From the NCBI GenBank assembly GCA_041483895.1, contig JBGPGO010000004.1:128001-192000 (forward strand): a DNA stretch of 64,000 bases, written 5' to 3'. Under the pieces are notes generated by a model. It saw only the letters and a program-made list of their open reading frames with translations, ran no database searches and was not told the origin of the DNA. The position numbers were made by a program, and so were the translations under genes. The stretch is from Fimbriimonadia bacterium (GTDB taxonomy: Bacteria; Armatimonadota; Fimbriimonadia; Fimbriimonadales; JABRVX01). This document shows positions 50,272-60,242 of the stretch, in pieces. Position 1 is the first letter of the stretch. Each line of letters starts with the position of its first letter.

Positions 50272-50934
50272 CATCCAGTCCTTGATTTCGCTGTAGTGGC
50301 TCTTTCGCAGGTGCGGCTGCGTGCTGACACTCTTGACGATCTCTTGCATGAGTGGCACCATTTCCGCAAACCGTTCGGCGGTATCCGTTACCTCAAGAAG
50401 ATGTTGCCGGACGCGCTGATCGATTCCAAGCATCCCCGCCATCGCGAAGGAAAGCGAGCACGGGTCCGCAGAAAAGCGAACCTGAATCTTGAGATCCAGC
50501 CGCTCGGTCAGAAGATCCGCCAACTGCTTGAACGTGGATTTTGCCTCTTCCAGGACCTCCGCTTCGTCCTCATACCCGCACCAAGGCTGGTCCTCCACCG
50601 GCTGCACTTTGCCCACCAAGAAGGAACGGGAGCTGTCGAACTGCCGGATGCGAAATCGATCGGTGCCTTGCGCCACGATGTTCATGCGCCCATTTGCAAG
50701 ACGGTCGACATCACGAATGACCGCCGCCGTGCCGACGAGATACGGTTCGGCTTCGTCATCGCCGACCTCATTGCCTGTGCGCAGGAGCACCACGCCGAAC
50801 GGCCCATCCCGCTCGATGCATTCGCTCATCATTTCCCGATACCGGTCCTCGAAGATGTGAAGAGCCATCAGCATGTTGGGGAACAACACGCTGTTGAGCG
50901 GAAACAATGGCATCGATGTCAGCTTTTCGGGCAC
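50260..50934 (-). CDS. Lon protease N-terminal (substrate-binding) domain protein
   Basis: MPLFPL..VLFP....LHIFEDRY, VGT and G..RFRI motifs. Confidence 0.88.
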   Translation of the reverse strand: MPEKLTSMPLFPLNSVLFPNMLMALHIFEDRYREMMSECIERDGPFGVVLLRTGNEVGDDEAEPYLVGTAAVIRDVDRLANGRMNIVAQGTDRFRIRQFDSSRSFLVGKVQPVEDQPWCGYEDEAEVLEEAKSTFKQLADLLTERLDLKIQVRFSADPCSLSFAMAGMLGIDQRVRQHLLEVTDTAERFAEMVPLMQEIVKSVSTQPHLRKSHYSEIKDWMLPN

Positions 50935-51014
50935 GAGAGAAATATTACCACCGGTTCAGCCAGCGGGTTCGATGGCTACAACGCGTGCGAAGCGAGTATT
51001 GGAATTATGACGTA

Positions 51015-51488
51015 CTAGTTTGCAGCGAACGGGTCGTCCATCTGCCATGTTTCCTCATCTACATCCTTTTTGTCTCTGTTCTTCTCTGTCACTGAATTCC
51101 TTTCTTCGTAGTGATTGAGAAGCTCCAATAAGCCGAAGGTATTCGGACCTGTTCGCACGAAGATTTGGCTGTTTCTGGCGTACGAACCAAGCGATCCCGC
51201 GATGGAAGATCGTCTTTCCTTCGTATCATCTCTACCAAGACCTATTAGCAACTCACGAACATGGAGGGGCTCGCGCGCATCGAGAAGCACCTTGCGGATA
51301 TTTGCGACATCACTTCCCGGCCTTAGCTTGGTGTCGGGCTGGTCATTCTCCGGCGATCTAGGGAGAAACCTGAGGGCTTCCCTTAGGCCTAGGATGAACT
51401 GCTCCAGCTTTCCCACCTCAAGGCGAAGGCCCTCCAGCTTAGTCTGCTCCTTGGCAATTCTCTTCTCCAATTCCTTGCGGGCGCTCAT
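51015..51488 (-). CDS. Coiled-coil plus winged-helix hypothetical protein
   Basis: Start MSARKELEK after TATAAT; EPLHVRELL...FVRTGPNTFGL. Confidence 0.65.
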   Translation of the reverse strand: MSARKELEKRIAKEQTKLEGLRLEVGKLEQFILGLREALRFLPRSPENDQPDTKLRPGSDVANIRKVLLDAREPLHVRELLIGLGRDDTKERRSSIAGSLGSYARNSQIFVRTGPNTFGLLELLNHYEERNSVTEKNRDKKDVDEETWQMDDPFAAN

Positions 51489-51605
51489 AATGAGTCCATT
51501 ATATCTCACGATGGAGAAAAAAGAGAGAAAAGTGAAAAACTTTTCGGTTGCAATGTTGACGATGGTATTATCAACGTCAGGACATGTCTCTTGGAGGCCT
51601 CGGCA

Positions 51606-52430
51606 ATGAGAATAGACACCGTGATAAATGAATTGGAAAGAGCCAAAATCGTTCCACCGAGCGGCCACGAATACTGGATGGGACGCGACCTAATGAGTAT
51701 TCTTGATTACGCTTCTTGGGAAAAATTCGAGGCTGTGATTGAAAGAGCCGTCGAAGCATGCAAGAGTCTAGACGAGTCAGTCGACAATCATTTTCGCCGA
51801 ACGGTGAAAAAGATAGAGGCTGCGAAGGGCGCGATGGTGCCCCGGGCGGACTATTAACTCGACAGATGGGCATGCTATCTGGTCGCGATGAACGGCGATT
51901 CATCAAAAAAGCAAGTTGCGATCGCGCAGGCATATTTTGCCGTTCAGACACGTCGTCAGGAACTGAGTGACCAACTCAACGAGGACATGAAACGGCTTTC
52001 ATTGCGCGAGCGAGTCCGGCAAGCACATTTAGCCTTATCAGGAGCGGCAAAGAATGCTGGCGTGATCAGATTCGACCAGTTTTACGCCGCTGGGTATCGG
52101 GGATTGTATGAAATGGGATTGAAAGATATCAAATCGAAGAAGGGTATTCCCGAACATGAGGAACTGATGGACTATGCTGGTCGCGAAGAATTGGCTGCAA
52201 ATGAATTTAAGCTGACTCAGACCGAAGCGAAGCTGAAACGGGAGAACGTCTCTGATGAATTGGCCGCCAGAGATGTCCACAAGAAGGTAGGAGCCGAAAT
52301 CCGCACAGCAATCGAAAACGTCGGCGGCACCATGCCTGAAGATCTGCCGGCAGAACCGCCCATCAAGAGCATTCGCGAAAACGTCAGGAAGGCGTTACCA
52401 AAGTCGCCGTCACGAAAAAAGAACGAGTAG
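51606..52430 (+). pseudogene. dinD: DNA-damage-inducible protein D with an in-frame TAA at 51855-51857
   Basis: EYWMGRDL...DY*LDRWACYLVAMNGD..K..VA.AQAYFAVQTRRQE...GGTMPEDLP; both ORFs are in the same frame. Confidence 0.85.
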
Positions 52431-52440
52431 GCGCCGCCTT

Positions 52441-52908
52441 TCAACTATAGATGAATGAATAGTAGTCCCAGTCCGGATCGGTCGCCATGCGGATGAAGGC
52501 GATCTGGCCCGAGTGATAATAGTCCTCCGAGCTGAGATATGTGATCGCCCTGCCGAGTTTCATCGGCATATCCCACAGACTGACTTCGGTATCGAGCGGG
52601 GTGTTTTGGTATCTCTGCTTGAGGAAGGCAAGCAGCTTTTCGTGCGATGCGGAAAGCATCATCCGGAGCTGATCGAGGTCGGTTTCTTCCACCTCAATCG
52701 AAGACCAGTCGGAATCGGCGCCGGCCTCCATCGACGCTTGGGCGGTCCTGTCCACCCACAGCATGTGCGCCACCGTTTCCCGCGCGCTCTTGCATTCCGG
52801 GTACGGCTTCCACTCCCACTGTTCTTCCGTCAGCCCTTCCATATGCCTCAAGAAGTGGGCGCGCGACGCCTGCTTTGCCTCGACTAGGTCCAGCGGTCCA
52901 AACGGCAT
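52441..52908 (-). CDS. DinB-family protein
   Basis: LTEEQWEWKP, SARETVAH and YHSGQI motifs. Confidence 0.8.
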   Translation of the reverse strand: MPFGPLDLVEAKQASRAHFLRHMEGLTEEQWEWKPYPECKSARETVAHMLWVDRTAQASMEAGADSDWSSIEVEETDLDQLRMMLSASHEKLLAFLKQRYQNTPLDTEVSLWDMPMKLGRAITYLSSEDYYHSGQIAFIRMATDPDWDYYSFIYS

Positions 52909-52917
52909 GCCCGTATT

Positions 52918-54177
52918 CTACTCGGCCAAGCGCAGTCCGATAAAGCCTTGGCGATAGGAAGGGAAATACCAATTCCGGAAAGTGCGGCGGAGGATCGGGG
53001 CGGCCGTCACCCAGGACCCGCCCCGGCAGACGAAATGCCTGCCATCCATGTGGTCTTTCGAGTAGCCGTCATACGGGAACGCCTCGAAGCCTGGATAAGG
53101 GAGGAATTTGGACGAGGTCCATTCCCACACGGAGCCGGCCATGTTGGTTGCGCCGAATGCGTTGGGCGCGCCGGCGCCGACCGATTGCGGCTGCCAGGCA
53201 TTTGCGCCGAAGTCCGCTTTGTCCGGTGTCGGCTCATCGTTGCCCCAGGGATAGCGGCGGCCGTCCGGGGATGCGGCGAACTCCCATTCTTCTTCTGTTG
53301 GCATGCGTTTCCCAGTCCATCGGCAATACGCCTCGGCCTCATACCAACTGATCCCGGCAACCGGCTCGTCGGGGTGGATCGCCCGCAGTCCTTGGGGTCC
53401 GAAGAGATAGAAATCGCCATCGAGAACGACCCAATATTCCGGCAGCGTTGCTTTTTCTTGCTCCCGCCATTGCCATCCCGCGTCGCTCCATAAGCCCTTT
53501 TGGAGGTACCCATAGTCTTCGACGAACGTGGACCATTCGTACGCGGTCACAGGGGTCTTAGCCAAGCGGAAGGGCGCCACTTCGACCGAGTGGGCGCGCT
53601 TTTCGTTATCATAACCGCTCGGTTCGTTGGAGCCCATTTCGAACACGCCGCCGGGGAGCTCGACAAATTCGGTTTTGCGATCGGATTTCCATTCGATCGG
53701 TTGCGGAACGCCCTCGATGCCCTTGTGTTGATGGATGAGATGCAGCATCTCCAGGATCGTTTCCTGATGCTGGCACTCGTGCTGATAGGCGAAATCCCAC
53801 GCGTATCCGTCGCACAGAAACGGATTGTCCGATGCCAAATCCGCCGCCTCCAGTGCATCCAAAGTGGCTTTTCTTGTGGAGTTCAGGTACTCGACAAGAC
53901 CGGCTCGGTCTGGGATGTTGACGCGGTTGTCCTTCGGGTTATCCGGCGTATCGGCGAGGATGAAGCTGAGGAACTCATCTTGGCAGGGTAATCCCAACGC
54001 GCGCACCACAATCCAATGCTCCTCTGTTCGCGCGATGTGCCCAAAATGCCACCCCACCGGGCTATAGAAATCATGAATCCGCACGCGCAGGATGTCATCC
54101 GGGATGCTGTTTAGGAGCGCAAGCGTCTTGGCGCGCGCGGCCTGCATCGCCCCGCGGATCTGGTCCTTCCGGTTCAT
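52918..54177 (-). CDS. EgtB-like non-heme iron sulfoxide synthase family protein (DinB_2 + FGE-sulfatase)
   Basis: SPVGWHFGH, HECQH, RMPTEEEWE, GSVWEW and RGGSW motifs. Confidence 0.8.
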   Translation of the reverse strand: MNRKDQIRGAMQAARAKTLALLNSIPDDILRVRIHDFYSPVGWHFGHIARTEEHWIVVRALGLPCQDEFLSFILADTPDNPKDNRVNIPDRAGLVEYLNSTRKATLDALEAADLASDNPFLCDGYAWDFAYQHECQHQETILEMLHLIHQHKGIEGVPQPIEWKSDRKTEFVELPGGVFEMGSNEPSGYDNEKRAHSVEVAPFRLAKTPVTAYEWSTFVEDYGYLQKGLWSDAGWQWREQEKATLPEYWVVLDGDFYLFGPQGLRAIHPDEPVAGISWYEAEAYCRWTGKRMPTEEEWEFAASPDGRRYPWGNDEPTPDKADFGANAWQPQSVGAGAPNAFGATNMAGSVWEWTSSKFLPYPGFEAFPYDGYSKDHMDGRHFVCRGGSWVTAAPILRRTFRNWYFPSYRQGFIGLRLAE

Positions 54178-54201
54178 GCCATAGGTATACTCCATGCCGT
54201 T

Positions 54202-55458
54202 GTGGAGAAGCCCCGCCGCAAGCTGTCCAATGTCGTCAATTCCCCGCAAGCCGTCATCTTTCTCACTGTTTTTCTCGATCTATTCGCTTTTGCGTTAGTG
54301 CTGCCGAAGCTGCAACTGTACGCCAATGACCTGGGCGCGAGAGGGGCGGTTCGTGGCGCGCTGATCTCCAGCTATGCGTTCATGGGATTTATCTTCGCGC
54401 CGATTTGGGGCCGGTTGTCCGATCGAGTGGGCCGTCGTCCGGTGATCATGTGGTGCGTGGTTGGCTCGCTCCTCTCCTTTATCATGCTTGCATTCTCCCG
54501 AACCCTTCCCCTCCTGTTTATGTCGCGCGCTATCGGAGGGATGGCGGCCGGAAACATCTCGGCGGCACAAGCCTATCTCGCCGACATCACCCCCAAGGAG
54601 AAACGAACGAAGGCGATGGGAATGCTCGGCGCCGCTTTTGGATTGGGCTTCATATTCGGCCCGGGGATCGGGGGGGTGCTGGGCAAATGGGGCGATCATG
54701 TGTTGGGCGGCCACGGGGGCATTGTCTTTCTTGGCGTCGGCGGCGGCATCGTGTGCGTTGTCAATCTAATTTGGGTGTTGCGATTTTTGCCCGAGTCGCG
54801 AATCCACGTGCCGAGCGAAGGGATCCTCGGAACAAGCGTACTGCGGACGGTGCTGGAAAGTCCTCGGCTGTTGACGCTCCTGCTGCTATTTGCCGCCATC
54901 AACTTCGCATGGTCGAACATGGAATCCACGTTCATCATCATGATCTATAAGAAGCACGGATGGCGCGATGACATGGGGGCGTTCTTGCTCGCGTATGTGG
55001 GCATTTTGACGGCGATTATTTATGGTGTGGTCGTGCATCGGGTGTCAAAGGCAATCGGTGACGGTCCCACCCTGCGATTGGGGGCGTTTTTGGCGATTCC
55101 GGGCTTGGCGTTGCTGTCGTGGGCGCCCAATCTTGGGTTGCTGATGCTTGTGATGTTGGTGCTGGCTCTTAGCGGCGGGCTGGGTAACCCGACGCTGCAG
55201 AGCATCGTGTCCAGGACCGCGCCTCCGGATATCCAGGGAGGGATTTTTGGGGTGGTGCAGGGGATTGGGAGTTTTTGCAGGATTGTGGGGCCGCTCGTTG
55301 GCAACACCTTGATCGAGAAGAACGTGCAGTATCCCTATTCCCTGGCAGGAGCGGTCGTGGCCGGGGCGTTTGTGGCTACGCTGTTTGTGCCGTTACCGGG
55401 GCGGGAGGCCATCGCCGCCGGCGCGGGACCAATGGCGGCGGAGCTGACCGATGAATAG
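54202..55458 (+). CDS. MFS transporter (TetA-like)
   Basis: GRLSDRVGRRP, AYLADIT and GLGFIFGPGIGG motifs. Confidence 0.9.
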   Translation: MEKPRRKLSNVVNSPQAVIFLTVFLDLFAFALVLPKLQLYANDLGARGAVRGALISSYAFMGFIFAPIWGRLSDRVGRRPVIMWCVVGSLLSFIMLAFSRTLPLLFMSRAIGGMAAGNISAAQAYLADITPKEKRTKAMGMLGAAFGLGFIFGPGIGGVLGKWGDHVLGGHGGIVFLGVGGGIVCVVNLIWVLRFLPESRIHVPSEGILGTSVLRTVLESPRLLTLLLLFAAINFAWSNMESTFIIMIYKKHGWRDDMGAFLLAYVGILTAIIYGVVVHRVSKAIGDGPTLRLGAFLAIPGLALLSWAPNLGLLMLVMLVLALSGGLGNPTLQSIVSRTAPPDIQGGIFGVVQGIGSFCRIVGPLVGNTLIEKNVQYPYSLAGAVVAGAFVATLFVPLPGREAIAAGAGPMAAELTDE

Positions 55459-56767
55459 CACGACGAAGCGCAAGCACGGGGTGTACGACACGCCGGAATG
55501 GCTGGCGCGGCAGGTCCTTGATGGTGCGCTGTCTCGATTGGGCCGCTCTCCATTGCGGGTGTTGGATCCGTCTGTCGGCAAGGGCGTCTTTTTGCGCGTC
55601 GCGTCTTCCCTGCCCGCCGAGCTAGTGGGTTGGGAGTTGGATCCCGATCGGGCGTCATGCGTTCCTCACGGCAACATCCATGTTGGGGACTTTCTTGCGG
55701 CGCCGACGGACGATGCTTATGATATGGTGATCGGGAATCCGCCGTGGGTGTCCTATTCCGGCCGGCATGCGCAAGAGGGGCGGTTGGAGGAGTATGCGGG
55801 CGGGTGGAAGTCGCTGCATTCGGCGTTCATCGAGAAGGCGGCGCGGCATTTGGCGCCGGGCGGGGTGCTTGGATTTGTCGTGCCTTGGACGGTGGCGCAT
55901 CAGCGTGGGTATGCGCGGTTGCGTGGGGCGTTGGCGTCTATGGGGGAATTGGAATTTGTGACTCCTACGCAGGACGGATTTGCGGACGTAACGATGCCGT
56001 ATTGCATTCTGTATCTTCGACGCTGCGAGAGTATTACGGCCCCCTGTAGCCGCGGGTCCGCATGCTGGCCACGTCCCGATTGCCAATCCCTTGAGCCCGC
56101 GGAATCACCAATCCCTTCACAGTCGTACCCCGAAGGGATAGTTGAAGCTCCCGCGGGCCTCACCGTTCGGCAGGCGGAAGGTGGTCGGCATGCGGACCCG
56201 CGGCTACAGGGTGGGGGTTTTCCTGCTGGCCAACAAATCTTCGGCGACCCGGGTGTGCATACGGGCAACGCGCGGGAATTGATCCTGTCCGCGACGCCGC
56301 GGGACGGTTGGGTTGCGGTGCGGGAAGGGAAAGACTTGACGGCCTATCACCTCCGGCCCCCGGCCCTGTTCGTCGACCCCGATCCAAGCCTTCCCTCCAG
56401 CCGCTATGCGCGGGTCGGGCAGGCGGAGCGTTATCTTTCGACACCGATCCTGATTCGCCAGACCGCGACACGGCCCATCGCGGCGGTGCACGACGAGCCG
56501 GCCTTTTTCCGCAACAGCATCCTCGCCTGTTATGGCCTGCCGGGCCATAGCCCCTACTATCTGGTCGCCCTTCTCAACAGCCGGGCAATGGCGTTCTTCC
56601 ATCGGGTTATCAATCCCGATTCGCGGCAGTCGGTGTTTCCCCAGGTGAAGGTCTCGGCTCTCGCCCGGTTGCCGATTCCGGTTCTTGCGCCAGCAATAGA
56701 GCTAAGAGGGTTGTTTGCGCTGGCGAAGAATTGGCTGAGCGGCGAAGCAGTTGAGATCGATGCCTGA
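55451..56767 (+). CDS. Orphan N6-adenine methyltransferase with a TaqI-like C-terminal domain
   Basis: GVYDTP, LDPSVGKGVF, IGNPPW and YLVALLNS motifs; internal insertion. Confidence 0.8.
   Translation: MNSTTKRKHGVYDTPEWLARQVLDGALSRLGRSPLRVLDPSVGKGVFLRVASSLPAELVGWELDPDRASCVPHGNIHVGDFLAAPTDDAYDMVIGNPPWVSYSGRHAQEGRLEEYAGGWKSLHSAFIEKAARHLAPGGVLGFVVPWTVAHQRGYARLRGALASMGELEFVTPTQDGFADVTMPYCILYLRRCESITAPCSRGSACWPRPDCQSLEPAESPIPSQSYPEGIVEAPAGLTVRQAEGGRHADPRLQGGGFPAGQQIFGDPGVHTGNARELILSATPRDGWVAVREGKDLTAYHLRPPALFVDPDPSLPSSRYARVGQAERYLSTPILIRQTATRPIAAVHDEPAFFRNSILACYGLPGHSPYYLVALLNSRAMAFFHRVINPDSRQSVFPQVKVSALARLPIPVLAPAIELRGLFALAKNWLSGEAVEIDA
56042..56211. mobile_element. 170-bp REPIN/MITE-like element inside the methyltransferase ORF
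   Basis: Perfect 24-bp inverted termini CCCTGTAGCCGCGGGTCCGCATGC / GCATGCGGACCCGCGGCTACAGGG. Confidence 0.75.
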
Positions 56768-57758
56768 CATCTGTTGGACTATGCTGGCCGTATTGATCGG
56801 CGGCTCGCTCTTCGACTGGATCACGGGCTGTCGAGTACGACGTCGCGCCCTAGAACGATGTCCCAAATGCAGATCGCTAATGTCCTGTTCCTTTGATTGG
56901 GATGTGGACGAATGGGAATGCCCGAAGTGTTCTCATGAAGATATTGCCCGTTCGGAATCTCCCGTACAGAATCGAGCGATGGAAGTGTTGGATCGGTTGG
57001 CGCTGGGCGATCGACGCGCCAAGGCCATAATGGTTCGTCGGCTTGCATCGGGACTGACGCCGGAGCGAGCCCTCGCTCTGGTTCGGGAATCGAAACGTAT
57101 TTTTCAGCCGGCTGGCTCGAAAAAGCTAGGCCTGATTTTGGCATTGTTATCTATAGGCGGGTTGATTGGCGTGGGCTTCTCCAATCCTTCGTCGGTACTT
57201 GAGCGCATTTTCATATTTCCAGCCGCGGTTTCATTTTTGGTTTTGGCCTTGACACATATACGGCCACGCGATTGGCTCAAGGTGAGCGAAAACATCCGGG
57301 AAATCACGCTACTGAACTCACAACCTACGGCGGCTGGATATCTTGCGACCTTGGCGCAAAAGAATGACTCGGCAGCAATCGTTAGCTATTTGCGGCTGGC
57401 CAAGACTGTTTCAATTAAGGAACTGCAGGAGTTGCCGAGCAGCGAAATTGTGCCGGTGGAACGCCTTGTGATCCGAAGAGCGCGTCGAGGGGATTGGGAC
57501 CTCGTCGGGGCGTCGATGCGGATACTCTCGAACACGTCGCGCCAGCAATCAATATCCTGTTTGTCTCGCATGGCCGGCAAGGCGAACGCGCCCATGAAGA
57601 TTCGCGAGCAAGCGACCGAAGCCATTCAGGCCATCGAGGCCAATATTGCGAAGCTTGAATCCACCCAAAACCTCCTTCGCGCCGCCGTTTCGACCGAACA
57701 TCAGCCAGAACAGCTCCTGCGGCGAACGGATCATGGTTCTGATCCCGACCTACAATAA
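56760..57758 (+). CDS. Membrane protein with a zinc ribbon and HEAT-like C-terminus (paralog A)
   Basis: CPKC...WECPKC; ends IREQATEAIQAIEANI...QNLLRAA...PEQLLR. Confidence 0.75.
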   Translation: MPDICWTMLAVLIGGSLFDWITGCRVRRRALERCPKCRSLMSCSFDWDVDEWECPKCSHEDIARSESPVQNRAMEVLDRLALGDRRAKAIMVRRLASGLTPERALALVRESKRIFQPAGSKKLGLILALLSIGGLIGVGFSNPSSVLERIFIFPAAVSFLVLALTHIRPRDWLKVSENIREITLLNSQPTAAGYLATLAQKNDSAAIVSYLRLAKTVSIKELQELPSSEIVPVERLVIRRARRGDWDLVGASMRILSNTSRQQSISCLSRMAGKANAPMKIREQATEAIQAIEANIAKLESTQNLLRAAVSTEHQPEQLLRRTDHGSDPDLQ

Positions 57759-57777
57759 CAGGTAGGACGGAGCCATT

Positions 57778-58791
57778 GTGTATACATCTGACCTCGATAG
57801 CATCATTGACGCTTCATTTCTGAGCGTGATCGGATATCTGCTTTGCCGATCGCTCCACCAGCAGATCCGAAGCCATCGCGCGTGGAGAAAGTGTCCGCAT
57901 TGCCGCTATCTGATGCATTGCGAAATGGACTGGTCAACTGACCACTGGCATTGCGGTCGATGCGCGTATGCGAACGATGAGCCACAGGTCGAGATTTGGC
58001 CGGATCGGGCGGCAAGCATTCTCGACCGGGTTGCCGCGTTGGGCCCCATCCTTGCGACACGATCAGTCGATCGGCTGGGGTCAACTCTCAATAATGTTCG
58101 GGCGGCGGCGATCAACCGGGCGGCTGCCGAGATGTGCCATGACCTGACTCGAGCCTGGACGAAGACCCTGATTCTTCTTGTCATCCCTTTACTCTTTGTG
58201 TTTGGCTTGATCGACTACTGGACGCCGGGCCTGCTGCCTTCCAAATTGCTGCGTATTGCAGCCTTTACATACCTGGTGTCTGATTTTGTCTTGGGCTTTC
58301 GACCCAAGGCCTGGATGCGAGACGTGGACCTGGCAGCCTTGGAAATCATCGCCGCCAATCCGCAGCCCTCGTGCATCGGATACTTGGCGTCCGCTGCTCG
58401 AGGCAGACGTGGTTCGAAAGCGGCCCTCACCCTCGTTCAGCTTTCCGAACGGATCGATGTGAGGAATCTGCGAGTCGCTCCATCGAGCCACCTGCAGGCG
58501 TTGCTTGCGCTGATACATAAAAAGGCACGGAAAAAGGAGTGGACAATAGTTGCCGCGTGCATTCGGATCCTTAGCAAATCAACCCACCGTCCCTCGGTCG
58601 CCAGCCTTGTTCACCTTACCGCGAACAAGGGCACACCCGATGACATCCGCGAGCAGGCTGCATCGGCGATTCAGGCGATTGAGGCGAACATCGCCCGCGA
58701 GGAATCCATGCAAAACCTCCTCCGCGCCGCGTCGCCGACTGAGACCGATCCGGATCAGCTCCTTCGCTCCACCGATTCCGATATTACGTAG
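57778..58791 (+). CDS. Membrane protein with a zinc ribbon and HEAT-like C-terminus (paralog B)
   Basis: CPHC...WHCGRC; ends IREQAASAIQAIEANI...QNLLRAA...PDQLLR. Confidence 0.75.
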   Translation: MYTSDLDSIIDASFLSVIGYLLCRSLHQQIRSHRAWRKCPHCRYLMHCEMDWSTDHWHCGRCAYANDEPQVEIWPDRAASILDRVAALGPILATRSVDRLGSTLNNVRAAAINRAAAEMCHDLTRAWTKTLILLVIPLLFVFGLIDYWTPGLLPSKLLRIAAFTYLVSDFVLGFRPKAWMRDVDLAALEIIAANPQPSCIGYLASAARGRRGSKAALTLVQLSERIDVRNLRVAPSSHLQALLALIHKKARKKEWTIVAACIRILSKSTHRPSVASLVHLTANKGTPDDIREQAASAIQAIEANIAREESMQNLLRAASPTETDPDQLLRSTDSDIT

Positions 58792-58843
58792 ACAAATGAG
58801 CGTCGGGGATGCAAATAAACGCAAAATGCGTAATAATGTACGT

Positions 58844-59488
58844 ATGATGCGTAAAACCGGATTTCTGGACGCGATTATGCCTCGGATACGCCAGAAGTTG
58901 CTGGCCACAACGATCCTCCAACCGGATCGATCGTGGTACTTGAGCGAACTAGCGAGTCACCTGGCAGTACGACCATCTAGCCTGCAAAGGGAGCTGGCGT
59001 CCTTATCCGATGCCGTAATCTTGACGAAGTCTCAAGACGGAAACCGGACGTACTACCGCGCCAATACCGAGAATCCGCTCTTTCCCGATCTCGAAGGGCT
59101 GCTGCGAAAGACGATTGGCCTGGCTGACGTTTTGAGGAGCGCTCTTTTCTCGGTCGCGGAAGGCGTTGATTTTGCGTTCGCATTCGGCTCCTTTGGTCGC
59201 GGCGATCCTAGCGTTTCAAGCGATATCGATCTATTTGTCGTAGGCAAAGTGCCGCTATCCGAACTGGCATCGCCCTTGCGGATCGCAGAGGTCGAGCTTC
59301 AAAGAAGCATCAATCCTGTCGTCATGGCCCAGGACGAACTGATTTCGCGGTTGGCAAATCGAGATCATTTCGTTGCGCAGGTGCTGACAACTCAGCGATT
59401 GTTCATAATTGGGGACGAAAATGACCTGGCAAACGCTCTTGAAGTCCCGAAAGGTACAGCAACACGTCACAAGCAAACAAGAGCTTGA
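58844..59488 (+). CDS. HTH plus minimal nucleotidyltransferase (MNT antitoxin)
   Basis: YLSELA...SLQREL HTH and FGSFGRG....SDIDL. Confidence 0.85.
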   Translation: MMRKTGFLDAIMPRIRQKLLATTILQPDRSWYLSELASHLAVRPSSLQRELASLSDAVILTKSQDGNRTYYRANTENPLFPDLEGLLRKTIGLADVLRSALFSVAEGVDFAFAFGSFGRGDPSVSSDIDLFVVGKVPLSELASPLRIAEVELQRSINPVVMAQDELISRLANRDHFVAQVLTTQRLFIIGDENDLANALEVPKGTATRHKQTRA

Positions 59489-59873
59489 TGACCTCCGCGC
59501 TGTGATCCATCGCGATCTCGCAGACGCCGCCGTTGCGGGTCTTTCGCAAGACCGGAGGTTTGCTACGGCCTATAACGCGGTCCCCCAAGTCTCAAAGATG
59601 GTGATCGCATGTTCGGGTTACCGGGTCCTGGGACAGGCACATCATCAAACAACGTTCGTCGCATTGGACATTGCGATGGGACCAGCCGTGTCGCAGATTG
59701 CGATCTACTTTGATGTTTGCAGACGAAAACGAAACCTCATCGAGTACTTTGCCGCTCATAAGTCAACGAAATCTGAGTCGGATGATCTTGTGGAACAGGC
59801 AGAGAAATTCCTTGCGATGGGGGAGGAGTGGATTGAGTTGAATTTCCCCCAGTTCAAGGCAGATTCCCCGTAG
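59421..59873 (+). CDS. HEPN-like protein (putative toxin)
   Basis: RFATAYNA, GYR...HH and RRKRNLIEY; overlaps the MNT gene. Confidence 0.75.
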   Translation: MTWQTLLKSRKVQQHVTSKQELDDLRAVIHRDLADAAVAGLSQDRRFATAYNAVPQVSKMVIACSGYRVLGQAHHQTTFVALDIAMGPAVSQIAIYFDVCRRKRNLIEYFAAHKSTKSESDDLVEQAEKFLAMGEEWIELNFPQFKADSP

Positions 59874-60242
59874 TGTGCGGCTTGTTTGAGCTACTCCTGA
59901 TCCGGACCACCTTCTTCACTCGACCGAATCCGATTCATGATGGATAGCAATTGGCCGTTCAGTGGTTCAGGAGTCGCAAAATTGCATTACTAAAACGAAG
60001 ACCAGTGATAGACGATACAGATATAAAGCAATTCTGCGACGCAGGTTGCAAAAATGCGCGAATTCGACCCTTGCAATATCGAAAAGATGCCGTATACTCA
60101 AGTTCAATTGTTAGAAAACGGTACCTATCCGGGCCAAATCAGAGGCCGGAGAGCGATCCCGGCAAGGGCAGCGGGATCCATTTGTTGATGTTGATTTTCA
60201 TCCCGACCTTATGGATTTAATTTATGACCATGGAGGAAAGGG

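Noticed and set aside
58826..58856. Chromosomal dif site
   Set aside because: The TAATGTA core is similar, but the XerD-arm consensus is absent. It is more likely the promoter/start region of the MNT gene.
60071..60200. Riboswitch in the PEP-CTERM leader
   Set aside because: A promoter-like TTGCAA-16-TATACT and small hairpins exist, but I recognise no aptamer consensus.
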